Below are positions 45,979 to 57,420 of a DNA stretch of 64,000 bases, piece after piece. Both the position numbers and the translations under genes were made by a program. The notes beneath the pieces are model-generated. The model was not told the origin of the DNA. It searched no databases and saw only the letters and a list, made by a program, of their open reading frames with translations. Position 1 is the first letter of the stretch; the number at the start of each line of letters is the position of its first letter. This DNA is from Escherichia phage Bp7: sequence record NC_019500.1, one strand, 5' to 3'.

Positions 45979-48900
45979 TTATAATAATGATTTAATTAAT
46001 GCTTTCAATTCAGCAATTTCAGATTTCAATTCCTTGATTTCGTCAGTATGCTCATTGATAGTAGCAGTATTTAAACCGATAATACCGTTATAGTTTAAAC
46101 GAAGTAAGCCAGTCTCTTTATCTTCGGTCACAAGTTCAGGCAATACTTCTTGAACTTCCTGAGCAATTAAACCTGCTGACGGTTTAACTTCGTCAGTAAC
46201 AGAGTTTTTAAGCAGATAAGTATAACCACCTAAGAGTTTGGATTTCTCTTGAGCGTTATCAATAAGCTTAATTTCAGACTTACAACGAATATCAGAACGA
46301 ATATAAACGTCGTTAACATCAATGTTATCACGAACATACATACCAGCGTTAACGTTAAGGGCCACGTCGCCAAATGTCTGGGCAAGTCCGGCTCGAATAC
46401 TGAATACACCTTGGCCATTAGCATACATGTTGTATATACCATCGGATTCCCAGACCAATCCAGTGTCAGCGTCACCAATTGCTATGCATGGCCCAGTCCA
46501 GGCGGGTTCAACACCTACGCCAATACCCGCCCAACCCGAAACAATTCTTCCCGGGGAAGTAAACTGCCCGTTGGCCAAAAATTGATAAATCGCCGCAGGA
46601 TGACCACTTTCCGGGGTATTTTCTGATGAACGGACAATTATACAACCAGTACCCCAGTCAGCATTACCACTGCGTAACGAGCCTAGTTCTACGCTTGTGT
46701 GATATCCATGCCCTGCTGAAGAACTTCGTCCTTTAATAATAGGATAGTACACGTTCCCGTTTAATTCGCCGTGTTCTACAAATATAGGGGCTTCAAGGCC
46801 ATACTGTGGATTAATAGCCCCAGCGTTTTGAGAGACCCATCTAGTAGCATTAACGTACATGCGGTTTTGGCTCATATTAACCAAACCAAACCCGCCCGGG
46901 CTAAATCCGATTGTCCTGTTATCTGATAAATCAATACCGGTAGTTGTTTTGTAGTTATAAAAAGATACTGAACCGCTTTCACCACCTTTACCAACAAACC
47001 AACTATTAGCACCACCAACTTCTGAACGAATATGCGAACTATTAGTGGCATTAGGTGCTCTAATTACTAAAGCATCATCGGCCGCAGCAATAGTCAGCTT
47101 ACCGGTCATCGTGTCACCTTCTTTAGAAACACGAGTAGCTATTGCATCACGAATGTTAGTTATATTACCTGCACCATTAAATCCGTTCCAAATGTCAGAG
47201 AAAATATTACCATTTCCAGCAATAATAGCTTTGCCGCCGCCGACCTCCACGTGTTCCGGGAAGTTAACTGTACCGTCAGCATTAAATCTTGAGGTATGAC
47301 CTCCGGTCCCGTCTTCTTTTAAATGATGTAAAACAAAAGTACCAGATTCTATTTCAGTACCTAAAGACCAAACTGCTTTTCCTTGTAAGAATTTCTGCTT
47401 GACAATAGGATAATATTTACTTACTGCGTCATCATCGATTTCCTGGAAAATAGGAGCTGCTTGAACATATTGAATATCATATCCACCGGCACCGGCGCCG
47501 TGACCAGTAAATTTAATATACCCGTTTGCTGCGAACGTATTGTAACTTGATTGTAAATCTGGAATAGTAACTTTACCAGTATCTAAAGCCAAACTAAATG
47601 GACGAAGTGGTCCGATATCACCAGTTTTACCTTCGCCAAAGGCGGTAGGAATAATATGAAGACTTCCTTCCGAACGGCGGAAAATGGCACCGTAGTCGTC
47701 GTTCCAAATTCTAAGGGCATTGACAGCATTACCAGCAATAGTACCGGATACGTTAACTTCTTCACCTACATTTATGCTTTCGTTTACACCTAAGGTGCCG
47801 TTTAAATGGCTTTGAATAGCACCTGAAGTCAGACGTTGATAATATTGAATCCAACTAGTGGCATCAGATATTTCCATTACGTTTTTGCGGTCACCTGCGA
47901 CATTAGTAAACGTATTACCCCATACAGAAATTGTCATATTATCAACTGAACTGCTACCAGTTGTGTTACCTCTAAACATCAGCGTAGAAGCATTATTTCG
48001 ACCATCAATATTAACCGAACCACCAACAACATCAATATTACCAGGAGTAACTAACAAACCGCCGTGAGTATTAACGTTTGTAGTACCTTTACCACGGAAA
48101 TAGTGGTGATAATTACCGCCTTGATAATAACCTAAAAGAGTTTGTCCGTCACCTACCGCGTTATTATCATGATAAGTGACAACTGTCGCCAAAGCATAGT
48201 TTTCCGACGGAGGAGTGGTTAAATCGGTACCGTTTACAGAATAACCCATAACCATTTTTCTAAGACTGGTGGTTTCTGCCGGGCCGCTCAGGAAAGTTCT
48301 TGTGCCGTTGTTTACACTAAAGAAATAACCATCTTGGTGCCATTGTAAGCCGGTATCATTATCACCAAGAGCAATTGAAGCCGTTCCTAATTCAGAATAT
48401 CCTTTAGAGCCACCTGGAAGACCTACAGAAATAGAATGACCTGCTTTCAATCCGCCCGACCATGTAAATGACCAAAGATAGGCGTCTAATCCATCTCCAG
48501 CATACCAGGTTATTCCATCATTATCTTTAACTTCATGGAAAATGCCCGAACCAACTGCATTTCGCATAACACGGAGATGGTTAATAGCTGTTTCACTTTC
48601 TGCCAATGGGGTATTATCGGCCAATGAATAGATATCATAATCTCCTGCAACTTTACCGTTGGTAATAACTTTATTGGTATAAATTACCGGAGTTGATACA
48701 GATTTCCATCCAAAAACTTCAGGAGAAGAAAACACACCATTGCCTGAAAACGCATAAGTGCTTTCGCCACTTGTCGCATAATCTTGTACGCGAATATTAA
48801 CTACCTGAGTGGTCGCTCCAGCATTATTTGGCGAAAAGATAATGCCACGTTCGCGGTTATTGCCATCGAAAAAACGAACATGTGATGTACTTGAACTTTT

Positions 48901-49239
48901 TGTAATAAGTTCTCCACCCTCAGTCATAATCTGCCCGGCGGCAATAATGTCACGAGTTACACGAGCAATACCGGTTAAATTAAAATCACCGGTTTGGGTA
49001 AAGGTACCATTTAGGGTGTAATCGCCTGTCTGGTTATAGTTACCGTTATGAATAACATTGCCGTCAATATTACCACCTTTAGCAAAGCCAAGGTCGATAA
49101 TCGCTCCGGTATCGTCTTTAGTAAAAAGTAATCGGTCCTTTAAGTTAATAGCCAGTTCGCCTTCAGCCAACTGTGCCGGTGTCGGACGTACACCGGCTAC
49201 TTTACTTCTTTTAAATTGGATTTGCTTTAAAGTAGCCAT
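45979..49239 (-). CDS. 37: gp37 long tail fibre distal subunit
   Basis: 1086 aa; N-terminus [36 protein letters not shown] typical of gp37; gene order 34-35-36-37-38. Confidence 0.8.
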   Translation of the reverse strand: MATLKQIQFKRSKVAGVRPTPAQLAEGELAINLKDRLLFTKDDTGAIIDLGFAKGGNIDGNVIHNGNYNQTGDYTLNGTFTQTGDFNLTGIARVTRDIIAAGQIMTEGGELITKSSSTSHVRFFDGNNRERGIIFSPNNAGATTQVVNIRVQDYATSGESTYAFSGNGVFSSPEVFGWKSVSTPVIYTNKVITNGKVAGDYDIYSLADNTPLAESETAINHLRVMRNAVGSGIFHEVKDNDGITWYAGDGLDAYLWSFTWSGGLKAGHSISVGLPGGSKGYSELGTASIALGDNDTGLQWHQDGYFFSVNNGTRTFLSGPAETTSLRKMVMGYSVNGTDLTTPPSENYALATVVTYHDNNAVGDGQTLLGYYQGGNYHHYFRGKGTTNVNTHGGLLVTPGNIDVVGGSVNIDGRNNASTLMFRGNTTGSSSVDNMTISVWGNTFTNVAGDRKNVMEISDATSWIQYYQRLTSGAIQSHLNGTLGVNESINVGEEVNVSGTIAGNAVNALRIWNDDYGAIFRRSEGSLHIIPTAFGEGKTGDIGPLRPFSLALDTGKVTIPDLQSSYNTFAANGYIKFTGHGAGAGGYDIQYVQAAPIFQEIDDDAVSKYYPIVKQKFLQGKAVWSLGTEIESGTFVLHHLKEDGTGGHTSRFNADGTVNFPEHVEVGGGKAIIAGNGNIFSDIWNGFNGAGNITNIRDAIATRVSKEGDTMTGKLTIAAADDALVIRAPNATNSSHIRSEVGGANSWFVGKGGESGSVSFYNYKTTTGIDLSDNRTIGFSPGGFGLVNMSQNRMYVNATRWVSQNAGAINPQYGLEAPIFVEHGELNGNVYYPIIKGRSSSAGHGYHTSVELGSLRSGNADWGTGCIIVRSSENTPESGHPAAIYQFLANGQFTSPGRIVSGWAGIGVGVEPAWTGPCIAIGDADTGLVWESDGIYNMYANGQGVFSIRAGLAQTFGDVALNVNAGMYVRDNIDVNDVYIRSDIRCKSEIKLIDNAQEKSKLLGGYTYLLKNSVTDEVKPSAGLIAQEVQEVLPELVTEDKETGLLRLNYNGIIGLNTATINEHTDEIKELKSEIAELKALIKSLL

Positions 49240-49247
49240 AATGCCTC

Positions 49248-49895
49248 TTAATAATAACCAAAATCTTGAATAGAATCTTTAATAACAATCTGGTCAAAAC
49301 GAGGAACGTGTCCTGCGTCAGAGGCCGGATTCAGCGAAATAAAGTTAGGAGCAGCAAGTACTCCGGTCATTGTTTGCATGTTAGTATTATTTATTTGGAC
49401 CTGTTTTGCGTTATCTACTAACGATAATCCTACTTGAGCTTTAGTAGGGGTGTTGCCTGGGCTGAATACACGACCTGATTCGTCATAAACTTGACGGAAT
49501 AATGAATCACCCATTACTGTAAGGCGTTTAGCACCTACTACTGTACTTGGGTTGAATATTATGAACGGAGTAGCGTCTTCCGTTTCATATCCAAAAGCGC
49601 CTTTAATACGGAAAGAAGCCGTGAACGGTGCTCCGCCAGTTCTTGCTCCTAATTTAATACCGTATCCATTAGTATCATTAAAGGTCAGCCCTTTTTCAAA
49701 ATACACGTTATTCTTATAATTACCACCATTTGCTTTTGAAACAAAGTCGTTATCAGTGGCTTGTGGTTTATTATATTCTGTGTAAACTTTATATGTTTTG
49801 TAAAGAAGGTCATTTGATACAGGCGTTAAGGGGAAATTACCTTGGTGCCATAATACTGAACCTCCTGCTGTAGAACCTAATTTTAAATCTGCCAT
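49248..49895 (-). CDS. 36: gp36 tail fibre hinge connector
   Basis: 215 aa; MADLKLGSTAGGSV...; position between 35 and 37. Confidence 0.65.
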   Translation of the reverse strand: MADLKLGSTAGGSVLWHQGNFPLTPVSNDLLYKTYKVYTEYNKPQATDNDFVSKANGGNYKNNVYFEKGLTFNDTNGYGIKLGARTGGAPFTASFRIKGAFGYETEDATPFIIFNPSTVVGAKRLTVMGDSLFRQVYDESGRVFSPGNTPTKAQVGLSLVDNAKQVQINNTNMQTMTGVLAAPNFISLNPASDAGHVPRFDQIVIKDSIQDFGYY

Positions 49896-49940
49896 TTGAG
49901 TTTCCTTTGGGAGTTATAGCCTTTTATATATTTATGGCTG

Positions 49941-49970
49941 TAAAAACGAAAAAGGAACCCGAAGGTTCCT
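49941..49970 (-). terminator. intrinsic terminator (UUCG tetraloop) after gene 35
   Basis: minus strand aggaaccTTCGggttcct followed by ttttcgttttt. Confidence 0.5.
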
Positions 49971-51091
49971 TAATATTTTTCTCTAAATTCGGCGACCCAA
50001 ACCTGACCAGGTTTAGTGCCTGTTTTATCATATAGCTGGGCTATGGTAGTACCCATATTTTTAGTTTCTGTACCAAAGTTCATACGAATACCGTTAACAC
50101 CAAATTCAGCAGGTTTTGGCTGAGGTTCTGATTCAGATATCTCACCGAACATAACATTTCGAACTCCGCCTTGGCCAGCCGAAGCTGTTTTTCTGGCATA
50201 AAGGGTAAAGTCTGTAGTACCTTCAGGAACCATTACTACCCGTTCAAATGTCATCCATGCACCAGCAGGAACATTGGAAGGAACTTCCATATTAACTGTC
50301 CCGGTTAAAGCACCTGAGGCATTAAAAAATCTAACAGACATCTGAGAGGTCCCGACGTCTTTTAAAGCTTGGTCACACATTAATTGAAACTTAAGGTAAA
50401 AGAATTCACCTGGCTTCATGTTATAATCTGTTAATGGGGTGGTAGGAGATTCGGTAGGAAATCGCTTAATTTCATCTCCCTCATTGCTTAGATAAGTGCT
50501 TTCGTCTTCAACAATTCTGACAGGATATCCTGTACCGCCAACGTCGCTGATATCATCAAATACCACTTCTAATGGAGTAGAAACATCTTCGACCAATACC
50601 CCATCATTATAAAGCACATGTTCCATTACTATAGCATTCCTTCCTGAAACATAAAATGCAGAATAAGATGGCTCAAACCGGTCTATTAACCATTTAGTCG
50701 GGAATGCGGTACTTCCTGCTGCACGGAACCAATCGATAAGTTTTTGTGAAGCATTTAATCTACCAGAAGATACTAAACAAACTATTCTATTGGCCGGTAT
50801 AGAATTTATATACATTATAAAAGCTTCAGAAATAACATCAAAATCTTTTGTAAAACTATAAGTTTTGTTAGCCACTATTTTAGGTTCAGCACTAACATCA
50901 ATTTCTATAAGGTTTAATCCATTTTGAAAATTCTGGGAACCGAAGTTCCCATCTTGAAATTTAACATATGCTTTTGTGGTAGACTTAGTACAACTACCCG
51001 CTATACTAAGTTTATACCTTACAGCATTGTTTTCAGATAATGTAGGAACCTGGACATATCCTTGTCCAAATTCTGCCATAAATCTTTCCAT
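49970..51091 (-). CDS. 35: gp35 tail fibre hinge
   Basis: 373 aa; position between 34 and 36. Confidence 0.65.
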   Translation of the reverse strand: MERFMAEFGQGYVQVPTLSENNAVRYKLSIAGSCTKSTTKAYVKFQDGNFGSQNFQNGLNLIEIDVSAEPKIVANKTYSFTKDFDVISEAFIMYINSIPANRIVCLVSSGRLNASQKLIDWFRAAGSTAFPTKWLIDRFEPSYSAFYVSGRNAIVMEHVLYNDGVLVEDVSTPLEVVFDDISDVGGTGYPVRIVEDESTYLSNEGDEIKRFPTESPTTPLTDYNMKPGEFFYLKFQLMCDQALKDVGTSQMSVRFFNASGALTGTVNMEVPSNVPAGAWMTFERVVMVPEGTTDFTLYARKTASAGQGGVRNVMFGEISESEPQPKPAEFGVNGIRMNFGTETKNMGTTIAQLYDKTGTKPGQVWVAEFREKY

Positions 51092-51102
51092 AATACCTCC
51101 TC

Positions 51103-54100
51103 TTATTCAATCCACTCAAACTTAACGGATTTAGTGACCGGGTCAGGAATAATACGAACGTTACCAATACGTAACCAATCAAGGATTGTAATGTTACCCA
51201 TTGTAGCGTTATCAGCAGGCAATGCACCAACCTCTTCCGCAGAAGGAGGGTTATCTGCCGTATAGACCATAGAGAACGTAGTCCATGCGTTTTTATTTTT
51301 CTGCCAGGTACGTGTATAACGAATAGTACCACCATTCAGTCCTGTAGGATAGCACACCCAATCTTGATAACATGAATCCAATGTATTACCAAACTGAGTT
51401 AACGTACCAGGATATTTAACTTCCTTATCACGAACAGAATAATCAAACCAAGTACCACGTAATTTCTGACCCGTCGTACTGAGAACTTCGTCACCAAAAC
51501 TACCGTCTTCGTTACGATAACGAATAGCCGGAGAACTAAATGCACCCGTTTCTGTCAACCAACCAGAAGCATTCCATATCTCATCAGAAACACCGGCAGG
51601 TTTAGTTTGGACCGTATCGATATTAACCTGACGTTTAGTTTTCATCGTCCAATAACCAGGGAACAGGTTAAATGTAGCCGAATCATTGATATCGACAGAC
51701 CAGAAGCCAACGGTTTCTGCAGTAGGGGCCTGGGATGCTAATGTAGGTTTAACACCAACAGAACGGACGTATTTTTGAGCAACCAAACCATTATTTGCCG
51801 ATACCTGCCCGGTAGAAACGATAGTACCTGAAGTAGTTACGTTTTGTAATGAAGACAGAGCAGAAGCATTTAATGTAGTTGTAGAAACACCGTTAGAAGT
51901 AGTTGTACCGGTGATATTAGCGTTCTTGGAAATACTAATAGAACCACTATTAACAGCAAAATCACCGGTCGTATTAAAGGTCCAGTAGAAAGATTCTAAA
52001 GAACCCGGCGATGGAAGATAATGTATTTTAAAATCACGAGTTCCGTCGTTTACAGTGCCTAAAGAGAATGTACCTTGCCCTAAACGTTGTTTAACAATAG
52101 GATGGAACTTGGCATCCGGGGTCGAATTTATCTCGGCAAAAATCGGAGCTAAAGTATCACCTTGAGAGTTCCAAGTACCTGCACCAGATTGGGGTCCTAC
52201 AAATTTAATAGATTTACCTGAGCTAACAGATACATCATTTTTAAAAGTAGAATTTCCAGTTACTTCTAGAGAACCTAAAATAGTGTTGCCGGTAATATTA
52301 GCCGTACTAGAAGACACCAGAGGAGCGGCCAGGTTCAATTGTTTTGTCAACGTTAAAGAACCATTAACCGTTTGGTCAACGTCTCTACGAATGAACTGGA
52401 GTGAATCTAGGCCATCCAATTTCTCGGAGTTCACAGCCGTAGCATTTATAGGTAAAAAGTTCTGTAAAGTTTTATTCATCTCGTAAGATGAAACAGCATA
52501 ACCTGTTTTAGGGTAGTTAGCTGCGTTCAGAACAGTATCGTCGTTCTCATAAAGGCCTGTACCTGAGTTAAATTTAACACCAGAACCGGTAACTTTATTT
52601 CCTGAATAGGTTAAAGCACCTTCGGTTAATTTAACAAATCCACGACGAAGTGCAGTAGCTTCCCAAGTGGTTTCGGTCTGTACTACATATTTTAAACCAG
52701 AAGGGCTTACAGCCAGAACTTTAGAAGTTCCTGCGGTTGTTTCGGTATTCGTTGCAACACGAATAATACCTTCAGAACTTTCAGTAGATTTTTTAGAATG
52801 TAATTTCAAAGGAGTGACGATAGTTTTATCATCAGTACCAACGTTGACTTCGGTCTGGGTCGCCAGGCGAGCAGTACCACGTTGAGTCTCATTTGCTTCT
52901 CTAATATCTAGTGTATAATGGTTCCATAAGGTTCCTGATTCAACCAAACCACTGGCTGCTGAGACAGAAGTTCTAGCGGTATCATTAAATCTTGTTTTAA
53001 TTTTCAACGGAGTTGAAATAACATTATCTAATACACCTGCATCAAATTCTACCTGTGTTGCAATTCTAGCAATACCAGTCAATCTTTCCGTAGCTTTCCT
53101 ATCATTTAACGTCTTAGGCGTTACCGCACGAGTATAATCTGTTCCAGTATCAGTCTCTGTTTGCGTAGCAATTTCAATTAACCCTGTACGAGTATCAAGA
53201 GCCACACGAGCATGTAATGTTTCAGGAGAAACAGCACTGTTGGCAAATCCACTTGCAGTTTGACCTGCGTTAACTTCAGATTGGTTAGAAAGATATACTG
53301 TACCCTGTTGAACTTGGGTAGCTTTATACTGGTCGAGAGCTTTAGGAGAAATAACCAAATTGCCTACGTTCTTATTATAAACGTTAGTACCTACAGTGTC
53401 TCTAGCAGTCGCAGGAGTGGTTCCTACAGTAGAGGTATATGTTACAATACCTGAAAGACTTTCCGAACCCTGGCGTGCTTGTAGCTTCTTAGGAGTGATG
53501 ATTGTAGTATCATCTGTACCCGTGTTAGTTTCAACTTGCGTAGCAATTTCAGCAACACCACGGCGAGTTTCGGTTGCAGTACGTTCGTTTAATTTCTTAG
53601 GAGAAATAATCAAATCGTCCTGGAATGCGAAGGTTGTGTCCTGGTTCACCTGAGCAGTAGTAGCAATACGAGCAATACCACGACGAGATTCAGTCGCTAC
53701 ACGATTAGCTAAAGTCTGTGGAGTAATTGCAAGTTCTTTCTCAGGGTTATTTTCATGGTCAACGTTTGCCTGAGTCTGCGACGCAAGGGCAATAACACCT
53801 AAACGAGCACGAGTTAAATCATCTTTAGAATCTACACGTTCTATAGTAGGAACGTTCTGAGCAACAACCCAATATTTGCCACCTGTAGTGGTGTCTTCGA
53901 TATAACTCAGTTCAATAACCGGAGTATAACTTATATCGCCATTAAAGGTCAGTACATCATTCAACACCCATTCAGTATCCGGCGGATATTCAGAACGTTT
54001 AGGGAACTGGAGCAATTGAACTGAAGAAGCAATTTTATATCCTACAGCAGCCTTAATATTTACCGTCTGAGCTTTACGGAGATAGTTCAGAGCAATCTTA

Positions 54101-55152
54101 ACGACATCACCCTGGGCTACGCCTGTAGGTAATGTGATATTAATCGTCTGCGGCGTTGTATTATTAGGACCAAAAACAATAATACTTTCGTTAGCCAAGA
54201 GTTCAACATCATCGCGAATTACACGTAAACGGGTTTTAAGGTCACCGTCCCAAACATACCATAATTTTTCGGTAGAGTTATAAACAAAGAATCCATCACC
54301 GGAGGTACGGAATTCCATGCTATGCTGTCCGGGTTTACCTAATGCAGACGAAGCATCAAACGTTTCAACGATTAAATGGAATTTACTTCCTAAACCATCG
54401 ATATCAGCGGTTTTAATAATATCGCCTTGGTTCGCATACTTAGGAAGAGTAAACTTAATTACTGCACCTGAAGTATAACGACGGAGGATGTTATCACCAG
54501 CTTGAGCTTGGAACTGGGCGGTGTTAGGTTCTACACGGATACCACGTTCTTCGTTACCTGATTCCCAGAAATGCCATAAACGGTTGGCAAAGATAATCAT
54601 ATTATAGGAAAAAGGCTTCGTAATTAAGGTCTCAGTGAACTGGTTACCGAAACGGACAATTTTCTGGTTACCACCGCCCGGAGCAGAACTAGACTGAACC
54701 TTGATTTCATTATAACCAACACGTCCACCGATATCTTTAATTACAACGGTATCGCCATCTGTAGGGTTAGGAGGCAGGGTAAATGTAGTAAAGCTAGCAG
54801 CAGAATCCACTGCAATATATTCACCAGAAGCCAGTTGGCGTGTAGGAGATGCTACGGTAATCCATTTAGGGTCAGTACGGGTAGCAGTCCAATAACCAGG
54901 TACAAAGGTTCCTGCTGGAGCATTGATATCACGTTGAGCAACCCAGATACGTTGGTCATGGATTACGGCAAACCCTTTCTTATATCCGCGCGTCTCGTCG
55001 TACGCCTGGATGGTGTTCTCATCTATAAAGAATTCAACGTTGACGCCGTCGTCTAATACATTGTAATCGGCTTTGGCAACATTGATAACTTTCTCGCCTG
55101 CAGCATCGAGTCCGGATGTAGCACGGAAGGCAGGTTTTAAAATATCGGCCAT
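51103..55152 (-). CDS. 34: gp34 long tail fibre proximal subunit
   Basis: 1349 aa; MADILKPAFRATSGLDAAGEKVINVAKADY; adjacent to rnh as in T4. Confidence 0.85.
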   Translation of the reverse strand: MADILKPAFRATSGLDAAGEKVINVAKADYNVLDDGVNVEFFIDENTIQAYDETRGYKKGFAVIHDQRIWVAQRDINAPAGTFVPGYWTATRTDPKWITVASPTRQLASGEYIAVDSAASFTTFTLPPNPTDGDTVVIKDIGGRVGYNEIKVQSSSAPGGGNQKIVRFGNQFTETLITKPFSYNMIIFANRLWHFWESGNEERGIRVEPNTAQFQAQAGDNILRRYTSGAVIKFTLPKYANQGDIIKTADIDGLGSKFHLIVETFDASSALGKPGQHSMEFRTSGDGFFVYNSTEKLWYVWDGDLKTRLRVIRDDVELLANESIIVFGPNNTTPQTINITLPTGVAQGDVVKIALNYLRKAQTVNIKAAVGYKIASSVQLLQFPKRSEYPPDTEWVLNDVLTFNGDISYTPVIELSYIEDTTTGGKYWVVAQNVPTIERVDSKDDLTRARLGVIALASQTQANVDHENNPEKELAITPQTLANRVATESRRGIARIATTAQVNQDTTFAFQDDLIISPKKLNERTATETRRGVAEIATQVETNTGTDDTTIITPKKLQARQGSESLSGIVTYTSTVGTTPATARDTVGTNVYNKNVGNLVISPKALDQYKATQVQQGTVYLSNQSEVNAGQTASGFANSAVSPETLHARVALDTRTGLIEIATQTETDTGTDYTRAVTPKTLNDRKATERLTGIARIATQVEFDAGVLDNVISTPLKIKTRFNDTARTSVSAASGLVESGTLWNHYTLDIREANETQRGTARLATQTEVNVGTDDKTIVTPLKLHSKKSTESSEGIIRVATNTETTAGTSKVLAVSPSGLKYVVQTETTWEATALRRGFVKLTEGALTYSGNKVTGSGVKFNSGTGLYENDDTVLNAANYPKTGYAVSSYEMNKTLQNFLPINATAVNSEKLDGLDSLQFIRRDVDQTVNGSLTLTKQLNLAAPLVSSSTANITGNTILGSLEVTGNSTFKNDVSVSSGKSIKFVGPQSGAGTWNSQGDTLAPIFAEINSTPDAKFHPIVKQRLGQGTFSLGTVNDGTRDFKIHYLPSPGSLESFYWTFNTTGDFAVNSGSISISKNANITGTTTSNGVSTTTLNASALSSLQNVTTSGTIVSTGQVSANNGLVAQKYVRSVGVKPTLASQAPTAETVGFWSVDINDSATFNLFPGYWTMKTKRQVNIDTVQTKPAGVSDEIWNASGWLTETGAFSSPAIRYRNEDGSFGDEVLSTTGQKLRGTWFDYSVRDKEVKYPGTLTQFGNTLDSCYQDWVCYPTGLNGGTIRYTRTWQKNKNAWTTFSMVYTADNPPSAEEVGALPADNATMGNITILDWLRIGNVRIIPDPVTKSVKFEWIE

Positions 55153-55186
55153 TTTATTTCCTTTTCGTTTTCAGGGTATAGAACTA

Positions 55187-55194
55187 TTTATAGC
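55187..55194 (-). promoter_or_regulatory. T4-type late promoter TATAAATA for gene 34
   Basis: reverse complement of tatttata, about 35 nt upstream of the gene 34 ATG. Confidence 0.45.
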
Positions 55195-55199
55195 AAGAT

Positions 55200-55228
55200 G
55201 TTTACTTCCTTAAAACCCATGATATAAT
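55200..55228 (+). promoter_or_regulatory. early promoter upstream of rnh
   Basis: gtttac, 17 bp, tgaTATAAT, ggacctctcaact. Confidence 0.45.
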
Positions 55229-55259
55229 GGACCTCTCAACTACTTGAACAGAGGTTCAT

Positions 55260-56207
55260 ATGAACGATTTAGATTTTTTACTTCCTGAAGAAGACCAACA
55301 AAAAGATGGATTTTTACTCCTAGATTTCAGCCAAATCATTATGGCGGCGGCTTTCCAAGAGTTTGGTGAGAATGCTGGATTTCCTAAAGTAACTACCGCA
55401 ATGCTTCGACACCTCGTGTTGAATTCAATTAAGAAAAACATTAAAGACTTCCGTAAACAAGGTTACAACCAATTAATTATTTGTGTTGATAACTCCAAAT
55501 CAGGTTATTGGCGTCGTCGTTATTCTTCTTATTATAAGAAAAACCGTGCTAAGGCTCGTGACGAATCACCATTTGATTGGGAAGGTTTATTCACAGCAAT
55601 GCATATTATTGTTGATGAACTGGAACAAAACATGCCTTATATTGTTATGAATATCGATACAATCGAAGCTGACGACCATATTGCTGTTTTAACCCGAATC
55701 CTTACGGCTTTAGGCCACCCTGTTATGATTGGTTCTTCTGATGGTGACTTTACCCAACTTCATAAATTCCCTGGTGTAAAACAATGGTCCCCAATGCAGA
55801 AAAAATTCGTCAAAACAAAATCTGGTGATGCATTGCTTGATTGCGTGACTAAGGTTGTTAAAGGTGACCGTAAAGATAACGTCGCGAGTATTAAAGTTCG
55901 TGGTGATTATTGGTTGACCATGGTTGAAGGCGAGCGTACTCCTAGCACTCGTGCCAAGGAACTTGAAGCAATTGCTCTTAATTATTATGACCATGATATA
56001 ATTAAAACACTTCTTACTGAAGAACAATATGAACGTTTCTGTGAAAACCAAATCTTAATTGATATGGACTTTATTCCGGATGATATTGTTGCTTTAATTA
56101 CTGAAAGATATAATACGTATAACAAACCTTCGAAATCTAAAGTTTATCCTTATTTCGTTAAATCGGGTTTGTCTAAACTAACCGCTACAGTAGCTGATTT
56201 TTATTAA
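55260..56207 (+). CDS. rnh: RNase H (FEN-1-like 5'-3' exonuclease)
   Basis: 315 aa; LLDFSQI..., CVDNSKSGYWRR, IGSSDGDFTQLHK resemble T4 RNase H. Confidence 0.85.
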   Translation: MNDLDFLLPEEDQQKDGFLLLDFSQIIMAAAFQEFGENAGFPKVTTAMLRHLVLNSIKKNIKDFRKQGYNQLIICVDNSKSGYWRRRYSSYYKKNRAKARDESPFDWEGLFTAMHIIVDELEQNMPYIVMNIDTIEADDHIAVLTRILTALGHPVMIGSSDGDFTQLHKFPGVKQWSPMQKKFVKTKSGDALLDCVTKVVKGDRKDNVASIKVRGDYWLTMVEGERTPSTRAKELEAIALNYYDHDIIKTLLTEEQYERFCENQILIDMDFIPDDIVALITERYNTYNKPSKSKVYPYFVKSGLSKLTATVADFY

Positions 56208-56217
56208 GGTGAATATA

Positions 56218-56487
56218 ATGGCTAAAGAAAAAGTGAAAGTTGAATTCAATCAAGAAGAACATGGTAACACATTGGCACAACTGATTAAGTCTGCTTCCGA
56301 TACTAAATTAAAAATGGAAGCTTACGGCGACGAAATTAAAGATATCAAAGACCGTGCTAAGACTGAACTTGGCGTAGACGGTAAAATGTTTAACCAACTG
56401 TTCTCTCTGTACCATAAAGGCACTCGTGAACGTTTCGAAGACGAAAAAACTGAAGTGGTAGAACTGTATGACACAATCTTTGAATGA
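56218..56487 (+). CDS. dsbA: DsbA double-stranded DNA-binding protein
   Basis: 89 aa from ATG 56218; position between rnh and 33. Confidence 0.55.
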   Translation: MAKEKVKVEFNQEEHGNTLAQLIKSASDTKLKMEAYGDEIKDIKDRAKTELGVDGKMFNQLFSLYHKGTRERFEDEKTEVVELYDTIFE

Positions 56488-56770
56488 TTTTGATGGAGCG
56501 GTTAATACCGCTTCCGAACCTGTCCATGTGCTCGTAAACAAACAACAGAACGGTCTTGATATTGAGGCCTTTGTTGAAGCTGAAGGTTGTAGCTATCTCG
56601 AAGCGGCTACCGCATGGTTGGAAGAGAACAGCATCCCTGAAGGTAACTTTGCTCGTTATTTGCCTGCAGGAATTATTGATAAAATTATGAACGAAGCCAT
56701 TGATGATAACTTGCTTCGACCTTCAATGGCTCGAACGCAAAAAACTAATACTCTGGATTTCTTGTTATGA
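56468..56770 (+). CDS. 33: gp33 late-transcription co-activator
   Basis: 100 aa; LDIEAFVEAEGCSYLEAATAWLEENSIPE and C-terminal LLRPSMARTQKTNTLDFLL. Confidence 0.6.
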   Translation: MTQSLNDFDGAVNTASEPVHVLVNKQQNGLDIEAFVEAEGCSYLEAATAWLEENSIPEGNFARYLPAGIIDKIMNEAIDDNLLRPSMARTQKTNTLDFLL

Positions 56771-57420
56771 TTAAGATTCGCATGCCACCAAACAATAACC
56801 GTATGGTGAACGGCAAAAGTGTATATTCCCTATATTTGATGTTAAAGCATCATTTCAACGCCAAATACGACGTTATCAAATACAACTGGGTCATGCGAAT
56901 CTCTGATACGGCTTATCAAAAACGTCGTGACAAATATTTCTTTGAGAAATTGAGTGATAAATACACTTTGAAAGAGCTTGCTCTTATATTCATGAGTAAC
57001 TTGGTAGCTAACCAAGACGCATGGATTGGCGACATCAGTGATGCTGACGCCTTAGTCTTTTACCGAGAATATATCGGTAGACTTAAAAGAATAAAACAAG
57101 TTTTTGAGGATGATATCAAAAACATTTATTATTTTAGTAAGAAAGTGGAAGTTCAAGCGCTTTCTGAAATTTTTGATTATAATAAAAAAGTTAACTCGAG
57201 CTATATTTTTAAGCTCCTTCAATCGAATGTTATTTCATTCGAAACGTTTATTTTGCTTGATTCATTTATGGATATAATTGATAAGCACGATGAAAAGACT
57301 AACGATTTAGTGTGGTCTAAGTATTCGACTAAATTAAATGCTTACAAAAAAATTCTTATAGTAGATTCTATTGAGGCTCGTAAATTGTTCATTGAAACAA
57401 TTAAGGGTTGTAAATTTTGA
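56767..57420 (+). CDS. 59: gp59 helicase loader
   Basis: 217 aa; MIKIRMP...KYDVIKYNWVMRISDTAYQKRRDKYFF is near-identical to T4 gp59. Confidence 0.85.
   Translation: MIKIRMPPNNNRMVNGKSVYSLYLMLKHHFNAKYDVIKYNWVMRISDTAYQKRRDKYFFEKLSDKYTLKELALIFMSNLVANQDAWIGDISDADALVFYREYIGRLKRIKQVFEDDIKNIYYFSKKVEVQALSEIFDYNKKVNSSYIFKLLQSNVISFETFILLDSFMDIIDKHDEKTNDLVWSKYSTKLNAYKKILIVDSIEARKLFIETIKGCKF

Noticed and set aside
49896-49969. Late promoter for gene 36 (CATAAATA-like on the minus strand near 49928-49940)
   Set aside because: One mismatch to TATAAATA and ambiguous positioning; not called as a feature.
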